This document shows positions 1-9,611 of a stretch of DNA of 64,000 nt, piece by piece; positions within the stretch are counted from its first letter, which is position 1, and each line of letters begins with the position of its first letter. Source of the stretch: an uncultured Lentisphaeraceae bacterium (GTDB lineage Bacteria; Verrucomicrobiota; Kiritimatiellia; RFP12; DVOR01). The notes beneath the pieces are model-generated. The model was not told the origin of the DNA. It ran no database searches and saw only the letters and a list, made by a program, of their open reading frames with translations. The stretch is taken from positions 6,490-70,489 of the forward strand of contig CASEMS010000002.1 in assembly GCA_949288955.1 (NCBI GenBank). The letters are read 5' to 3'. A program made the position numbers and the translations under genes.

Positions 1-195
1 GTAACGGAAGGGCATGGGGCGCTCCTTAGGCAAGCAGGTCGCACGCGACGGCGGCGGCCCAGAGGAGGGTGAAAAGAACCCGGACGGCGCGGCACCGCTC
101 CGGGTCGTGAATCTCGATGAAGTGTCCGCGCACGCTGCGCAGGATGTCGACGAGCCCGTCGAAGGCTTGGCAGGGGAGTGCGCGCAGGCGACCGC

Positions 196-1230
196 TCACT
201 TGGCCTCCAACGCCCTCACCTTGGCCTCCAAATCGGCGACCTTCTTCTTGAGCTTCTCAAGGATACGCGGGAAGAGGAGCGTCTCGGCGAACTTGCGTTT
301 GGGGATGGCGGGCGTGCCGGCGACGTACTCACCGGAGGGGACATCCTCCTTGACGCCGGCCTGGGGGGCCACCTGCGCGCGTTCGTGGACGGTGAGATGC
401 CCGGAGACGCCAGCCTGCGACCAGATGAGCGCGCCGGTCTCGATCTTCGCGCTCCCGGCGATGCCCGCTTGGGCGATAATGCCGACGAAGGGCGCAATCT
501 GCACGTTGTGGCCGATCTGGACAAGGTTGTCGATCTTCACGCAGTCGCCAATGCGGGTGCGACCGAAACGGGCGCGGTCGACACAGGTATTGGAACCGAT
601 CTCGACGTCATTCCCGATCTCGACGATGCCGACCTGCGGGACCTTGGTGATGACCGGCCCTGTGGGGCCGATCTCCACCGTGTAGCCATACCCATCCGTG
701 CCAATCTTAACACCGGCGTGCAAGATGACGCGATCGCCAAGCACGCAGGACTCGCGGATGTTCACCTGCGGATAGAGATGGCAGCCGCGGCCGATCTTGA
801 CGTGCTGGGCGATGAAGACCTGACCGTCGATGACCGTGTCGTCGCCGATGGAGGCGCCATCCTCGATGACCGTGTAGGGCCCGATGTAGAGATTCTTGCC
901 GAGGGTCACGCCCTCACCGATGACGGCGGTGGCGTGGATGCCCGGTTCGCGGACGACAGGCTTGGGCCCGAAGATGGGCGCAAGGGAGGCGAACGCCTTG
1001 TTGGGGTCGTCCACGCGGATAAGAGTGGCAGGGCACTCACCCTCGTAATCGCGGGCAACGAGGACGGCGGTGGCCTTGGTGTCACGCATCTGCGGGGCGT
1101 ACTTCTGGTTGGCCAGGAAGGAGACATCCCCCTCGCGCGCCTCCAAGAGGCTCGCCATCGCGTGGATCTCTGTCTCGCCGTCGCCCTCAAAGGTGCCATT
1201 GACGGCCTTTGCGACCTTACTGAGCTTCAT
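196..1230 (-). CDS. lpxD: UDP-3-O-(3-hydroxyacyl)glucosamine N-acyltransferase LpxD
   Basis: 344 aa; left-handed beta-helix hexapeptide repeats (IGxxxxIG...), LpxD-type N-terminal domain, C-terminal coiled tail; start overlaps upstream gene stop. Confidence 0.9.
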   Translation of the reverse strand: MKLSKVAKAVNGTFEGDGETEIHAMASLLEAREGDVSFLANQKYAPQMRDTKATAVLVARDYEGECPATLIRVDDPNKAFASLAPIFGPKPVVREPGIHATAVIGEGVTLGKNLYIGPYTVIEDGASIGDDTVIDGQVFIAQHVKIGRGCHLYPQVNIRESCVLGDRVILHAGVKIGTDGYGYTVEIGPTGPVITKVPQVGIVEIGNDVEIGSNTCVDRARFGRTRIGDCVKIDNLVQIGHNVQIAPFVGIIAQAGIAGSAKIETGALIWSQAGVSGHLTVHERAQVAPQAGVKEDVPSGEYVAGTPAIPKRKFAETLLFPRILEKLKKKVADLEAKVRALEAK

Positions 1231-2962
1231 CGGGCGCTCCTTCGGGCACAGGCTCTTGCACGGGCGCGTGGGGCTCCGACTCGGCGGGAGCGGCTTCCGG
1301 CGCAGGCTCGGGGGGCACCTCGGCGACCGGTTCCGCAGGGGCGGCCTCTGGCGCGGGGGGCTCGACCGACTGCCCCGCGGGCGTCTCGTCCTCCGGCGCG
1401 GGCGCGGGCACTTCCTCCGCGGGCGCGGGTGCTTCCTCCGCGGGCTTGGCCTCGGCCTCGTCGGCCGCGCGTTCGCGCTTCATCTCCTCGGGGAGCTTGC
1501 GGAACTTGGGGTTGTCCTCGGGAAGGGCCAGGACGCCATTGTAATACTCGATGATGTGCCCCTTCTGGAAGAGGAAGGCGATCTGCCGGGCGACGACGGC
1601 GATGTCCATGTCCGCCAGCTCCGTCTTGAGCGCGGCGAGCAACTCGGCACGGGTGCAGAGCGGATGGGCGGTGACATAGTCCAACGCCGCCTTGATCTCG
1701 CGCACGGCGTGCTCGGCGGTGAAAGGCGCGGGCACCATGTTGGCGACGAACTCCGGGCCACGCGCATCGTTGCCGCGGAAGAGCGTGAACTTGCGGTGGC
1801 GGAAGGCGCCGCGCAGGGCGAAGAAGAGCGAGCGCGGGTAGCGTTGCTCGTCGCGAAGCGTGTACTTCAACAGAAGGCGAAGCGGCAGGGAGGGGGAGGT
1901 CTGCGCCAGGGAGACGGGCAAGCAGACGTGCTTGGCCTTGGCGACGAGCGTGGGGAGGATGTCGCGGCGGAAGATGGCCTCGGCCTGATCGCGGTTGTAG
2001 GCAGGGCGGGTCTCGGCAGGCGTCTCCTCGGCGGGGGCCTCCGGCGCGGGTTCGGCGGGGGCCTCGGCGCCCTCGGCGGCGGAGGCGGGCTCCGGCGCGG
2101 CGGGCGTCTCGGCGGGCTTGGCCTTCAGGCGATAGACGGTCTGCTTGGTGACGGACTGCTTCCAGGCCTCGATGGACTCGGGGTCGGTGTGCATCTCAAG
2201 GGTGCGCAAGTAATCCCGCTCGGGCATCCCGGCGCGGGCGGCGAGTTCGGCCACGCGATGACGGTAGCTGTGGTGGTTGGGCGCGCCGACCCATTCGCCG
2301 GTGAGCGTGCATTTGGCCACGCGCGGGAAGGTGCCGGATGGCGGGTCGCACGGTTCCTCGGCCACATCGAAGAAATCCTCCAGATGGTGCGCAAGGGCGT
2401 GTTGGACGACCTCGGCCTCGCTGAGGGCCACCAAGCCGCACGTCTTGCACGACCAGAACTGGACTTCCGTCTCGGGCTTGGCCTCGAAGCGCACAAGGCA
2501 GGCCTGCGGATTCTCCAGGAAGAGATTGACGAACTTCTTGACCGGGAAGGCGACGTGCGTGCCCTGAAGGGTCTTGATGATGACGCCCAGGTTCTTCTGG
2601 TTGGGAAGGATGCGGATCTCGGCGTCGAGCGGCTTGACAGGCTCGCGGCGCTCAAAGGGGCGCCCACCTTCGCGGCGCGGCGCACGGGGACGCTCCCCCT
2701 CGGCACCCTCACGGCGCGGACGGCGCTCGCCCTCGGGGCCTTCGCGGCGGGGACGGCGGGGCGGACGGCCCTCGGCGTCGCGGTCGCGGCGGGGGCGACG
2801 GTCGCGGGAATCGCCGCCCTCACGGCGGGGACGCTCCTCGCGGCCGGTGCGCTCATCGTAACTCTTGGCCTGGTATCGGCTGACATACTCGTCGGCGGAC
2901 TTACGGGCCCAAGCGGGGGCGAAGTCGAAACCGAGGCTCTCGGGGGTGTCTGCGTCGCTCAT
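1217..2962 (-). CDS. hypothetical protein with Arg/Gly-rich N-terminal region, C2H2-like zinc-finger motif and Pro/Ala/Glu-rich tail
   Basis: 581 aa ORF, codon usage consistent; motif C-x2-C-x12-H-x3-H (SCKTCGLVALSEAEVVQHALAHH); RPRREG repeats at N-term; PAE-rich low complexity at both ends; 3' end overlaps lpxD start by 14 nt. Confidence 0.6.
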   Translation of the reverse strand: MSDADTPESLGFDFAPAWARKSADEYVSRYQAKSYDERTGREERPRREGGDSRDRRPRRDRDAEGRPPRRPRREGPEGERRPRREGAEGERPRAPRREGGRPFERREPVKPLDAEIRILPNQKNLGVIIKTLQGTHVAFPVKKFVNLFLENPQACLVRFEAKPETEVQFWSCKTCGLVALSEAEVVQHALAHHLEDFFDVAEEPCDPPSGTFPRVAKCTLTGEWVGAPNHHSYRHRVAELAARAGMPERDYLRTLEMHTDPESIEAWKQSVTKQTVYRLKAKPAETPAAPEPASAAEGAEAPAEPAPEAPAEETPAETRPAYNRDQAEAIFRRDILPTLVAKAKHVCLPVSLAQTSPSLPLRLLLKYTLRDEQRYPRSLFFALRGAFRHRKFTLFRGNDARGPEFVANMVPAPFTAEHAVREIKAALDYVTAHPLCTRAELLAALKTELADMDIAVVARQIAFLFQKGHIIEYYNGVLALPEDNPKFRKLPEEMKRERAADEAEAKPAEEAPAPAEEVPAPAPEDETPAGQSVEPPAPEAAPAEPVAEVPPEPAPEAAPAESEPHAPVQEPVPEGAPDEAQ

Positions 2963-2974
2963 GTGCGCGCTCCT

Positions 2975-4927
2975 TTAGGCCTGCCCTTGGGCGACGGCGG
3001 CCAAAAGGCCACCGGCAAGGAGAAGGCGTTTCTGACGGTCGGACAGGTCGGTCACGACGTCGAACGTGGTGTTGTTGGAAAGGTCGGTGACGGTGGCGCG
3101 CCCATCTCCGGCGATGGCGGCGCGAAGCCCCTCGATGCGCAACGGCGCGCCTTGCGACACGCGGTCGTAATCCGCCGGATCGGCAAAGACGAAGGGGACG
3201 ATGCCAAAGTTGATGAGGTTGGCGCGATGGATGCGCTCGATGCCTTTCGCGATGACGGCGCGGACGCCCAGGAACATGGGGCAGAGCGCGGCGTGCTCGC
3301 GGGAGGAACCTTGACCGTAGCTCTCGCCGGCGAGGATGACGTTGGCCTTGCCGGCGTCGCGGTTGGCCACGGCGGCGGCGTAGAAGCCGGAATCGGTGTG
3401 CTCGAAGACGTACTTGGCGTACTCGGGGATGTTGGAACGGTATTTCAGGCGCGCGCCGGCGGGCATGATGTGGTCGGTGGTGATTTTGTCGCCCACCTTG
3501 ATGACGGCCACGCCGTCAAGCGTCTCGGGCAGGGGCTGGCCGGGGGGCACCTGACCGATGTTGGGGCCACGGCGGATCTCGGTGCCGGGGACGCCCTGTC
3601 CGGCGGTGTCGCGGTAGAGGAACATCCCGTCGTCGATGGTGAAGCGCTCCGGCATCGGCACGGCGGGAACCCCAAGGGCGCGCGGATCGGCGAAAGCCCC
3701 GGCGAGCGCGCTGGCGGCGGCGGTCTCGGGGGAGACGAGATAGACCTTGGCGGACTGCGTGCCGGAGCGCCCCTCGAAGTTACGGTTGCTCGTGCGCAGG
3801 CAGACGGCGTCGGTGCTCGGGCTCATGTGCGCGCCGATGCAGAACCCGCAGGCATTCTCAAGGATCCGGCACCCGGCGGCGATGAGGTCGCCCAAGAGCC
3901 CCTCATCGGCGAGCATCCGCACCACCTGCTTGGAGCCGCAGGCAATACCGACCTCGACGTCGGGGTGGACCTGCTTGCCCTTCAGCAGGAGGGCGACGGT
4001 CTTGATGTCCCGATACGAGGAGTTGGTGCAGGAGCCAATCATGATCTGGTTCACGCGCTGGCCCACGTGCTCGGCGATGGTCTCGATGTTGCCGGGATTG
4101 TGGGGGGCGGCGGCGAGCGGCTCAAGCGTGGAGAGATCCAACTCCCACGTCTCGTCGTAATCCTCGCCATCGGCCTCAAGCGGCACCCAATCCTGCTCGC
4201 GGCCCTGGGCCTTGAGGAAGGCGCGGGTGACGGCGTCGGAGGGGAAGACGGAGGTTGTGACACCGAGCTCCGCGCCCATGTTGGCGATGGTGGCGCGGCT
4301 GGGCACGTCCAGATCGGCCAAGGCGGGGCCGTAGTACTCGAAGATCTTGCCGACGTTGCCCTTGGAACCGAAGCGACGGAGGACGGCCAGGATGACATCC
4401 TTCGCCGAGACGCCGGGGGTCAGACGGCCGGTGAGGCGGATGCCCACCACCTTGGGCCAGGCGATGTAGTAGGGCCCGCCGCCCATCGCCACCGCCACAT
4501 CGATGCCACCCGCGCCGATGGCCACCATGCCCAGGCCGCCACCCGTGGGCGTGTGGGAGTCGGAGCCGATGAGCGTCTTGCCCGGCTTGCCGAAGCGCTC
4601 CAAGTGGAGCTGATGGCAGATCCCGTTGCCGGGCTTGGAGTAGACAACGCCATATTTCTTGGCGACGCTCTGGAGATAGTCATGGTCGTCGGCGTTCTCG
4701 AAGCCGATCTGCACGGTGTTGTGATCCACGTAGCTGACGGAAAGCTCGGTCTTCACCCGGTCGATGCCCATGCTCTCGAACTGGAGATAGGCCATCGTGC
4801 CGGTGGCGTCCTGCGTCAGGGTCTGGTCGATGCGGAGGCCGACCTCCCGCCCCACGACGGGCTCGCCGGAGACCAAATGCGCACGGAGGATCTTTTCGGT
4901 GACGTTCATAAGGGGAAAGGACTCCAA
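2975..4927 (-). CDS. aconitate hydratase (short mitochondrial/Bacteroidetes-type aconitase family)
   Basis: 650 aa; aconitase catalytic motifs IGSCTNSSY, CGFCIG, swivel-domain GQGSSREHAAL. Confidence 0.85.
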   Translation of the reverse strand: MESFPLMNVTEKILRAHLVSGEPVVGREVGLRIDQTLTQDATGTMAYLQFESMGIDRVKTELSVSYVDHNTVQIGFENADDHDYLQSVAKKYGVVYSKPGNGICHQLHLERFGKPGKTLIGSDSHTPTGGGLGMVAIGAGGIDVAVAMGGGPYYIAWPKVVGIRLTGRLTPGVSAKDVILAVLRRFGSKGNVGKIFEYYGPALADLDVPSRATIANMGAELGVTTSVFPSDAVTRAFLKAQGREQDWVPLEADGEDYDETWELDLSTLEPLAAAPHNPGNIETIAEHVGQRVNQIMIGSCTNSSYRDIKTVALLLKGKQVHPDVEVGIACGSKQVVRMLADEGLLGDLIAAGCRILENACGFCIGAHMSPSTDAVCLRTSNRNFEGRSGTQSAKVYLVSPETAAASALAGAFADPRALGVPAVPMPERFTIDDGMFLYRDTAGQGVPGTEIRRGPNIGQVPPGQPLPETLDGVAVIKVGDKITTDHIMPAGARLKYRSNIPEYAKYVFEHTDSGFYAAAVANRDAGKANVILAGESYGQGSSREHAALCPMFLGVRAVIAKGIERIHRANLINFGIVPFVFADPADYDRVSQGAPLRIEGLRAAIAGDGRATVTDLSNNTTFDVVTDLSDRQKRLLLAGGLLAAVAQGQA

Positions 4928-5749
4928 TCAGGCGGCTTTGCGTGCCAGCCAACGACGCTTCAGGGCAAACCAGAAAGGCGCCACGTAAACGAAGAAGAGG
5001 GTCATGGGAACCAGATAGCAACAGCAGACCACCGCCGTCTTCGGCCCAACGAAGAGCCCAAGGAAGGCAAGCACCCCGATGAACTGCCCAAGCGGCGTGT
5101 TCGTCGGCTTCGGGTACTTGAAGGGCGACACCTGCAAGAGAAGGCAAATCACGCAGTTCGCGTACATCACCCACGAGAGCCACCCGCCGTCCTGCAACGT
5201 CAGCCACCCCGGCAACGGATGGTCCAGCCCATAGCCGCGCTTCCACGCCTCGATGAGCAGGACGATGCCCGCCAGGCAGAGCGCGTTCACCGTGATGGGC
5301 ATCCCCGTGTAGCCGCTCATGCCGTGGTCCTCGTCCACCACCTTGAAACGCGCCAGGCGGATGGCCCCGGAGAGGACGATTGCGATGGACAGGAGGGCCC
5401 CCACCGGATGGAGCGTCGGCGCCGGTGCCGAGAAGTCGTGGAAGAGATAAAAGTACATCAGCATCGCCGGCGCGATGCCGAAGGCCGTGATGTCCACGAA
5501 GGTGTCGAACTCCGCACCGAAGGCCGTCGAGGCCTTCAGCATCCGCGCCATCGTGCCGTCGATGCCATCGAGGATCATCGCGCCGAGGATGAGGAGCGCG
5601 CCCCAGTAGAAGTCGCCCATCGCGGAGCAGAGCACGCTCATCAGACCGCAGACCAAGGCGCCCGAGGTGATGGAGTTCACGAACCCCACCCGATTGGCAT
5701 GGGCCGAGGGCCGCTTGATATGGAGAATCTTCCGCATGGCGCGCCTCAT
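4928..5749 (-). CDS. pssA: CDP-diacylglycerol--serine O-phosphatidyltransferase (CDP-alcohol phosphatidyltransferase family)
   Basis: 273 aa multi-TM; DG(x2)AR...G...D(x3)D CDP-OH-P-transferase motif (DGIDGTMARM...GAEFDTFVD); immediately downstream of psd. Confidence 0.8.
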   Translation of the reverse strand: MRRAMRKILHIKRPSAHANRVGFVNSITSGALVCGLMSVLCSAMGDFYWGALLILGAMILDGIDGTMARMLKASTAFGAEFDTFVDITAFGIAPAMLMYFYLFHDFSAPAPTLHPVGALLSIAIVLSGAIRLARFKVVDEDHGMSGYTGMPITVNALCLAGIVLLIEAWKRGYGLDHPLPGWLTLQDGGWLSWVMYANCVICLLLQVSPFKYPKPTNTPLGQFIGVLAFLGLFVGPKTAVVCCCYLVPMTLFFVYVAPFWFALKRRWLARKAA

Positions 5750-6465
5750 TTCCGCTTGGCGATGACCGTCTCACCCGCGCGCACCGGGTCGCCCGGCTTC
5801 ACGCAGACCTCCACGCGGTCGGCCGGCAGCCAGATGTCCATGCGGCTGCCGAACTTCATCATGCCAAGGATGCCGCCGCGCTTCACCGGCTGCCCCTGCT
5901 CCAACCAATAGATCACGCGCCGGACGATCGGCCCCGTGATTTGCTTGTGCAGGCAGCGCAACCCATCCTTGTCCTCCACCACCACGATGGAATGCTGGTT
6001 ATAGAGGCTCGAACGCTCATCCATCGTCAGCAAATGCTTCCCGTGACGGTACTCGCATTGCTTCACCGTGCCGCCGATGGAAAGACGGTTCACGTGCACA
6101 TGGAGCGGCGAGAGGAAGGTGGAGATGCGCACCGCGCGCTGACCGGGGAAGAACTCCTTGACCACCGCGCTCGCCGGCGAGCCGTCATCCTCCGTCACAT
6201 ACTGCACCGAGCGCACCGTGCCCTCCGCGCCCGAGACGATGTTCTCCTCGCCCTCCGGCGGCGTCCGCTTCGGATTGCGGAAGAACCACGCCATGAAGGC
6301 CGCGAAGACCAGGCACACCGCCAGCCACGCCGTCGCCACCCACGGCAACCCAAAGACCGGGCACAGCACGCACCCGCCGCCGACGCCCAACACCAAAGGC
6401 ACGACAATCAGCGGCCATCCGTTGCGGATAATCGCCTCCCGCTCACGTCTCTCGTTCTCGTACAT
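5746..6465 (-). CDS. psd: phosphatidylserine decarboxylase proenzyme (short archaeal-type Psd)
   Basis: 239 aa; N-terminal TM, Psd-related fold, FGS(R) self-cleavage-type motif; 4-nt overlap with pssA start. Confidence 0.75.
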   Translation of the reverse strand: MYENERREREAIIRNGWPLIVVPLVLGVGGGCVLCPVFGLPWVATAWLAVCLVFAAFMAWFFRNPKRTPPEGEENIVSGAEGTVRSVQYVTEDDGSPASAVVKEFFPGQRAVRISTFLSPLHVHVNRLSIGGTVKQCEYRHGKHLLTMDERSSLYNQHSIVVVEDKDGLRCLHKQITGPIVRRVIYWLEQGQPVKRGGILGMMKFGSRMDIWLPADRVEVCVKPGDPVRAGETVIAKRK

Positions 6466-6620
6466 CTCAAATCCGTCCTTCGCTCAGGTTGCGGGCCTCC
6501 GCCCACTTCGCCTAGCATTGTAGCAAACTCCCTCCGCCCGTGCACAAACGCCAGCCCCACTCAATGGCCCCCGGGGAGAAGGAAGACTAAGACGACCGCG
6601 CCCAAGGCGGACGCCCCACC

Positions 6621-6715
6621 CGCCGACGCTCGGTGGATCAGCCGCCGACGCAAGGAGACTTAGCCGCCGACGCTCGGTAGATCAGCCGCTGACGCTCGGT
6701 GGATCGGCGGCTGAT
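6621..6715. repeat. 22-bp minisatellite family (GGATCRGCSGCTGAYSCGAGGW-like), ~4 units
   Basis: tandem units cggtggatcagccgccgacg / gtagatcagccgctgacgctcg / gtggatcggcggctgatgg; same family at 16153, 33363, 39326, 49242, 59222. Confidence 0.7.
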
Positions 6716-6731
6716 GGTTGGGGCGTGCGCG

Positions 6732-6766
6732 ACCAAGCCTCCAAGCCTCCAACCTTCCAAACTTCC
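6732..6766. repeat. (CCAAGCCTC/CCAAACTTC)n 9-mer microsatellite
   Basis: ccaagcctccaagcctccaaccttccaaacttcc; same motif at 15981-16056 and 29225-29290. Confidence 0.7.
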
Positions 6767-6771
6767 GTTTG

Positions 6772-6850
6772 CGCGGGAGGCGAGGGCGGTAGGGAGCGGT
6801 CAGCGGGCGTCAGCCCGCAGAGCGACCGGCGGAGCCCGCAAGCCCTCCCG
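6772..6850. repeat. 77-nt palindromic module C (copy 1), 9-bp terminal inverted repeats GCGGGAGGC...GCC(C)TCCCG
   Basis: near-identical copies at 15897-15973 and 33257-33333; internal hairpin GCGGGC-loop-GCCCGC. Confidence 0.7.
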
Positions 6851-6872
6851 TTGCGTCTTCGCGGTCAAAACC

Positions 6873-9611
6873 TCAGACGCCGAGGGCGGCGTGGAGGGCG
6901 AGGGCGTTGGGGGCCATCACGCGGGCGGCGCGCCAGGGGCCGAAGTCGTGGAGTTTGGTGACGGCGGCGCACCAACGTTTCAGGGCGAAGTGTTTGTCCC
7001 GGGCGGAGGGGTCGTCCTGTCCCTTCACCTCCAGCACGACGGTCTCGCCCGAGGCGAGGCGCACGATGAAGTCGGGGATGTAGGTGTGGGCGAGGCCTTG
7101 GGAGACGTAGCGGATGCGCAGGCCGACGTGACGGTCGTTGCGGACGTAGGCCGACACCGCGTCCGCCTCCGCGAGCCAGGCGGCGACGGAGCGTTCCCAC
7201 GCGCTGTCGTAGACGGCGGCGGCGATCTGGCTTTTGGGGCCGGTGGGGGTGGGTTCCTTGGTGGTGTGCCAGGTGCGCATCCGGGCGGTGGAGAGGGTGG
7301 GCTGGCGGCTGTCGCGCACGATGGCGAGGTCTTGGCGTTCCTTGGGGGTCAGGTGGTCGAGCAGATGGCGGACGACCTGGCCCATCTGATAGGCGTAGGC
7401 CAGGCGGGCCTCGGGGGAGCCGAGGGCGGCCGTCTGCCAGAAGAGGTTCTCCTGCCAGTGGCATTTGCCGGAATCGATGAAGTCGGCGGCCAGGCGCACG
7501 AGTGCGGCGAAGAGGCGGGGCACGGCCATCTCGCGCCGTTTCCGGGCGAAGGCCGCGCTCTCCAGGAGGGCTTTGGCCATGGTGAAGAGGAGGGTCTGCC
7601 GGCGCGGCGCGGCCTGGGCGATGTCAAGGGTGTAGAGGTCGGCGCGCTCCACCTTCATCCACTCGCCGAGGGTCTGGGCCATCTGGGCGGAGACGGTGAG
7701 GGTCGGCTCCAGAATCAGCTCCGGGACGTCCTTGAGGGAGAGTTCCGGCGCGGCGACGTCGTCGATGCGGAGGATGTTGGGCCAGGCGATCTCGGCGGTC
7801 TCGCGGCCCGGCGCCACGGCGATGGGATAAGTCGGGGCGGGGGGCTCGCCGCCGCCGGCCCCTTCCGTGGGGAGGAAGCGGAAGGGAACGCCAAAGACCT
7901 GCACGTATTCCGGGCGGAGGAGGCCCGTCTCGGGGTCGACGTCGTAACTCACGCGGCGGAGGCCTCGGCCGATGACCTGCTCGCAGAGGAGCTGGCTGGT
8001 GAAGGCGCGCAGGCCGAGGATGTGGGTGACGGTGCGGGCGTCCCACCCCTCCGAGAGCATGGCCACGGAGATGAGGTTGGCGACCGCCGCGCCCGGCTGG
8101 CCTTCCTTGCCCACGGTGGCGACGCGCCTGCGGAGGGCCTCCCCCGCCGCGCCGCTCTTCTCAAGCACTTTGGAATCGATGCGCAGGACGCGCTCGGGCT
8201 CGCACAACGTCTCCGCGCCGCCCAGGGTGGCCCCGCCGCCGGAGAGGAAGTGGCGTTCGACGCGCGCGGCGGTGGTGGTGTTGTTCACCACGCTGATGAG
8301 CACGGGCGGGACGGGGACGCGGCACGCCCGCCAGAGGTCGGCGGTCTTGCGCCAGTCGGCGGCGAGGAGGGAGTAGGCGTTGGCCAGCGCGGGGGGCAGG
8401 GGGGCGGCGGGGTCGGCCGCCTCGTCGATGGCCTCCTTGATGCCCGGCGCCTCGTAGAGGTCGTAGAGGTCGGGGAGGTTCGTCTCGGGGTTGATGGGGC
8501 CGGCGGCGTCGCAGGGCATACGGGGGGTCTTGACCAGTCCGGCCTCGATGCCGTCGTTCAGGCCGAAGTCGCTGACCACCCAGCCGAAGAGGAAGTCCTC
8601 CTTGCTCATCTTGCCCGAGGGGATGAAGGGGGTGGCGGAGAAGTCGTGGCAGCGCAGGATGGGGGCCACGCGGTGGATACGGTCGAGGCCGCCCACCCAG
8701 ACGGTGTGCTCGTCCTTCTCCTCGCCCACGCCGCGGTAGTCGCCGGCCTTGGCCTTGGGCGGGAGGCGCCAGGCGTGGTGGGCCTCGTCGTTGAGGACGA
8801 GGATGCGAGGGGCCTTGGCCAGCTCCGTCCCCAGCACGGCACGGGCGTAGGCGCGGTCGCCCAACGGCCCGCGCTTGTCCACGCCCCGCCGTTTGCGCAC
8901 CTTCTCGGCGTCCTCCCACTGCATGGCCTGCCAATTGAGGATGCGCACGCGCGCCTGCGCCAGGCCCAACTGGAGCGACTCCGGCACCAGGCCGCCGCCA
9001 TACTCCGCGCCGCCCGCGGCGGGATCCAGCCCCGACAGGCGGTCGCGCACCGTGAGGTTGGGCGCCACGACGAGGACATCGCGGCAGAAGCGTTTGTCCT
9101 GGGGGTGGGCGACTTTGTTGCAGGCGTGCCAAGCGATGAGCATGGCCATCACCTTCGTCTTGCCGCCGCCCGTGCAGAGTTTGGTGCAGACGCGCTCGAA
9201 GGGGCCGCCGTCGCCGCGCAGACGCCCCTCGCCCTCGCCCCACAGCCCCTGACGCTCCGCCTCCGGCCCCTCCGTCAGCCAGATGAGCGTCTCGATGGCC
9301 TCCAACTGGCAGAAAAAGGGGCGCGGCTCCATCAACCCCTCCTCCTCCCCCACCCCATGCCACCGCCCCAGCAACTGGCGTGTGACAGGCGTGACGCCCG
9401 GCCAGCCGGCCTCGCGCCAGGCCCGCACCCGCCCGCGGATGACCTCCACCGCGCCGAGGGGCACGAACTCGCCGTCGCCCCGGCTCTTGGTGTTGAACTT
9501 GGTGTAGCCCGGCGCCCGGCGGCCCTCCGTCCTCGTCAGCGAGAGCGTCCCCGGGCGATGCTCCCAGTGCCAGGCCGGCTCGGCGTAGGGACTGTTCAGG
9601 ATCAGGCTCAT
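6873..9611 (-). CDS. res: Type III restriction enzyme Res subunit (SF2 helicase + PD-(D/E)xK endonuclease)
   Basis: 912 aa from MSLILNSPYAEP (GGGAGG SD 8 nt upstream; the ORF track extends further upstream in-frame); Walker A LCTGGGKT, DEAH box LNDEAHH, helicase motif VI, C-terminal PD...EVK nuclease motif (YIPDF...LEVKG); ATGA overlap with mod stop. Confidence 0.9.
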   Translation of the reverse strand: MSLILNSPYAEPAWHWEHRPGTLSLTRTEGRRAPGYTKFNTKSRGDGEFVPLGAVEVIRGRVRAWREAGWPGVTPVTRQLLGRWHGVGEEEGLMEPRPFFCQLEAIETLIWLTEGPEAERQGLWGEGEGRLRGDGGPFERVCTKLCTGGGKTKVMAMLIAWHACNKVAHPQDKRFCRDVLVVAPNLTVRDRLSGLDPAAGGAEYGGGLVPESLQLGLAQARVRILNWQAMQWEDAEKVRKRRGVDKRGPLGDRAYARAVLGTELAKAPRILVLNDEAHHAWRLPPKAKAGDYRGVGEEKDEHTVWVGGLDRIHRVAPILRCHDFSATPFIPSGKMSKEDFLFGWVVSDFGLNDGIEAGLVKTPRMPCDAAGPINPETNLPDLYDLYEAPGIKEAIDEAADPAAPLPPALANAYSLLAADWRKTADLWRACRVPVPPVLISVVNNTTTAARVERHFLSGGGATLGGAETLCEPERVLRIDSKVLEKSGAAGEALRRRVATVGKEGQPGAAVANLISVAMLSEGWDARTVTHILGLRAFTSQLLCEQVIGRGLRRVSYDVDPETGLLRPEYVQVFGVPFRFLPTEGAGGGEPPAPTYPIAVAPGRETAEIAWPNILRIDDVAAPELSLKDVPELILEPTLTVSAQMAQTLGEWMKVERADLYTLDIAQAAPRRQTLLFTMAKALLESAAFARKRREMAVPRLFAALVRLAADFIDSGKCHWQENLFWQTAALGSPEARLAYAYQMGQVVRHLLDHLTPKERQDLAIVRDSRQPTLSTARMRTWHTTKEPTPTGPKSQIAAAVYDSAWERSVAAWLAEADAVSAYVRNDRHVGLRIRYVSQGLAHTYIPDFIVRLASGETVVLEVKGQDDPSARDKHFALKRWCAAVTKLHDFGPWRAARVMAPNALALHAALGV

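Noticed and set aside
36-183. Short minus-strand ORF (~48 aa, GTG start) downstream of lpxD
   Set aside because: Below the ORF-track threshold, no SD, and no resemblance to fabZ or lpxA, which usually follow lpxD. Not supportable.
1070-5911. 1613-aa plus-strand ORF spanning lpxD through pssA
   Set aside because: Antisense to four well-supported minus-strand genes. The translation is Gly/Arg/Ala low-complexity, typical of a stop-poor frame in ~68% GC DNA.
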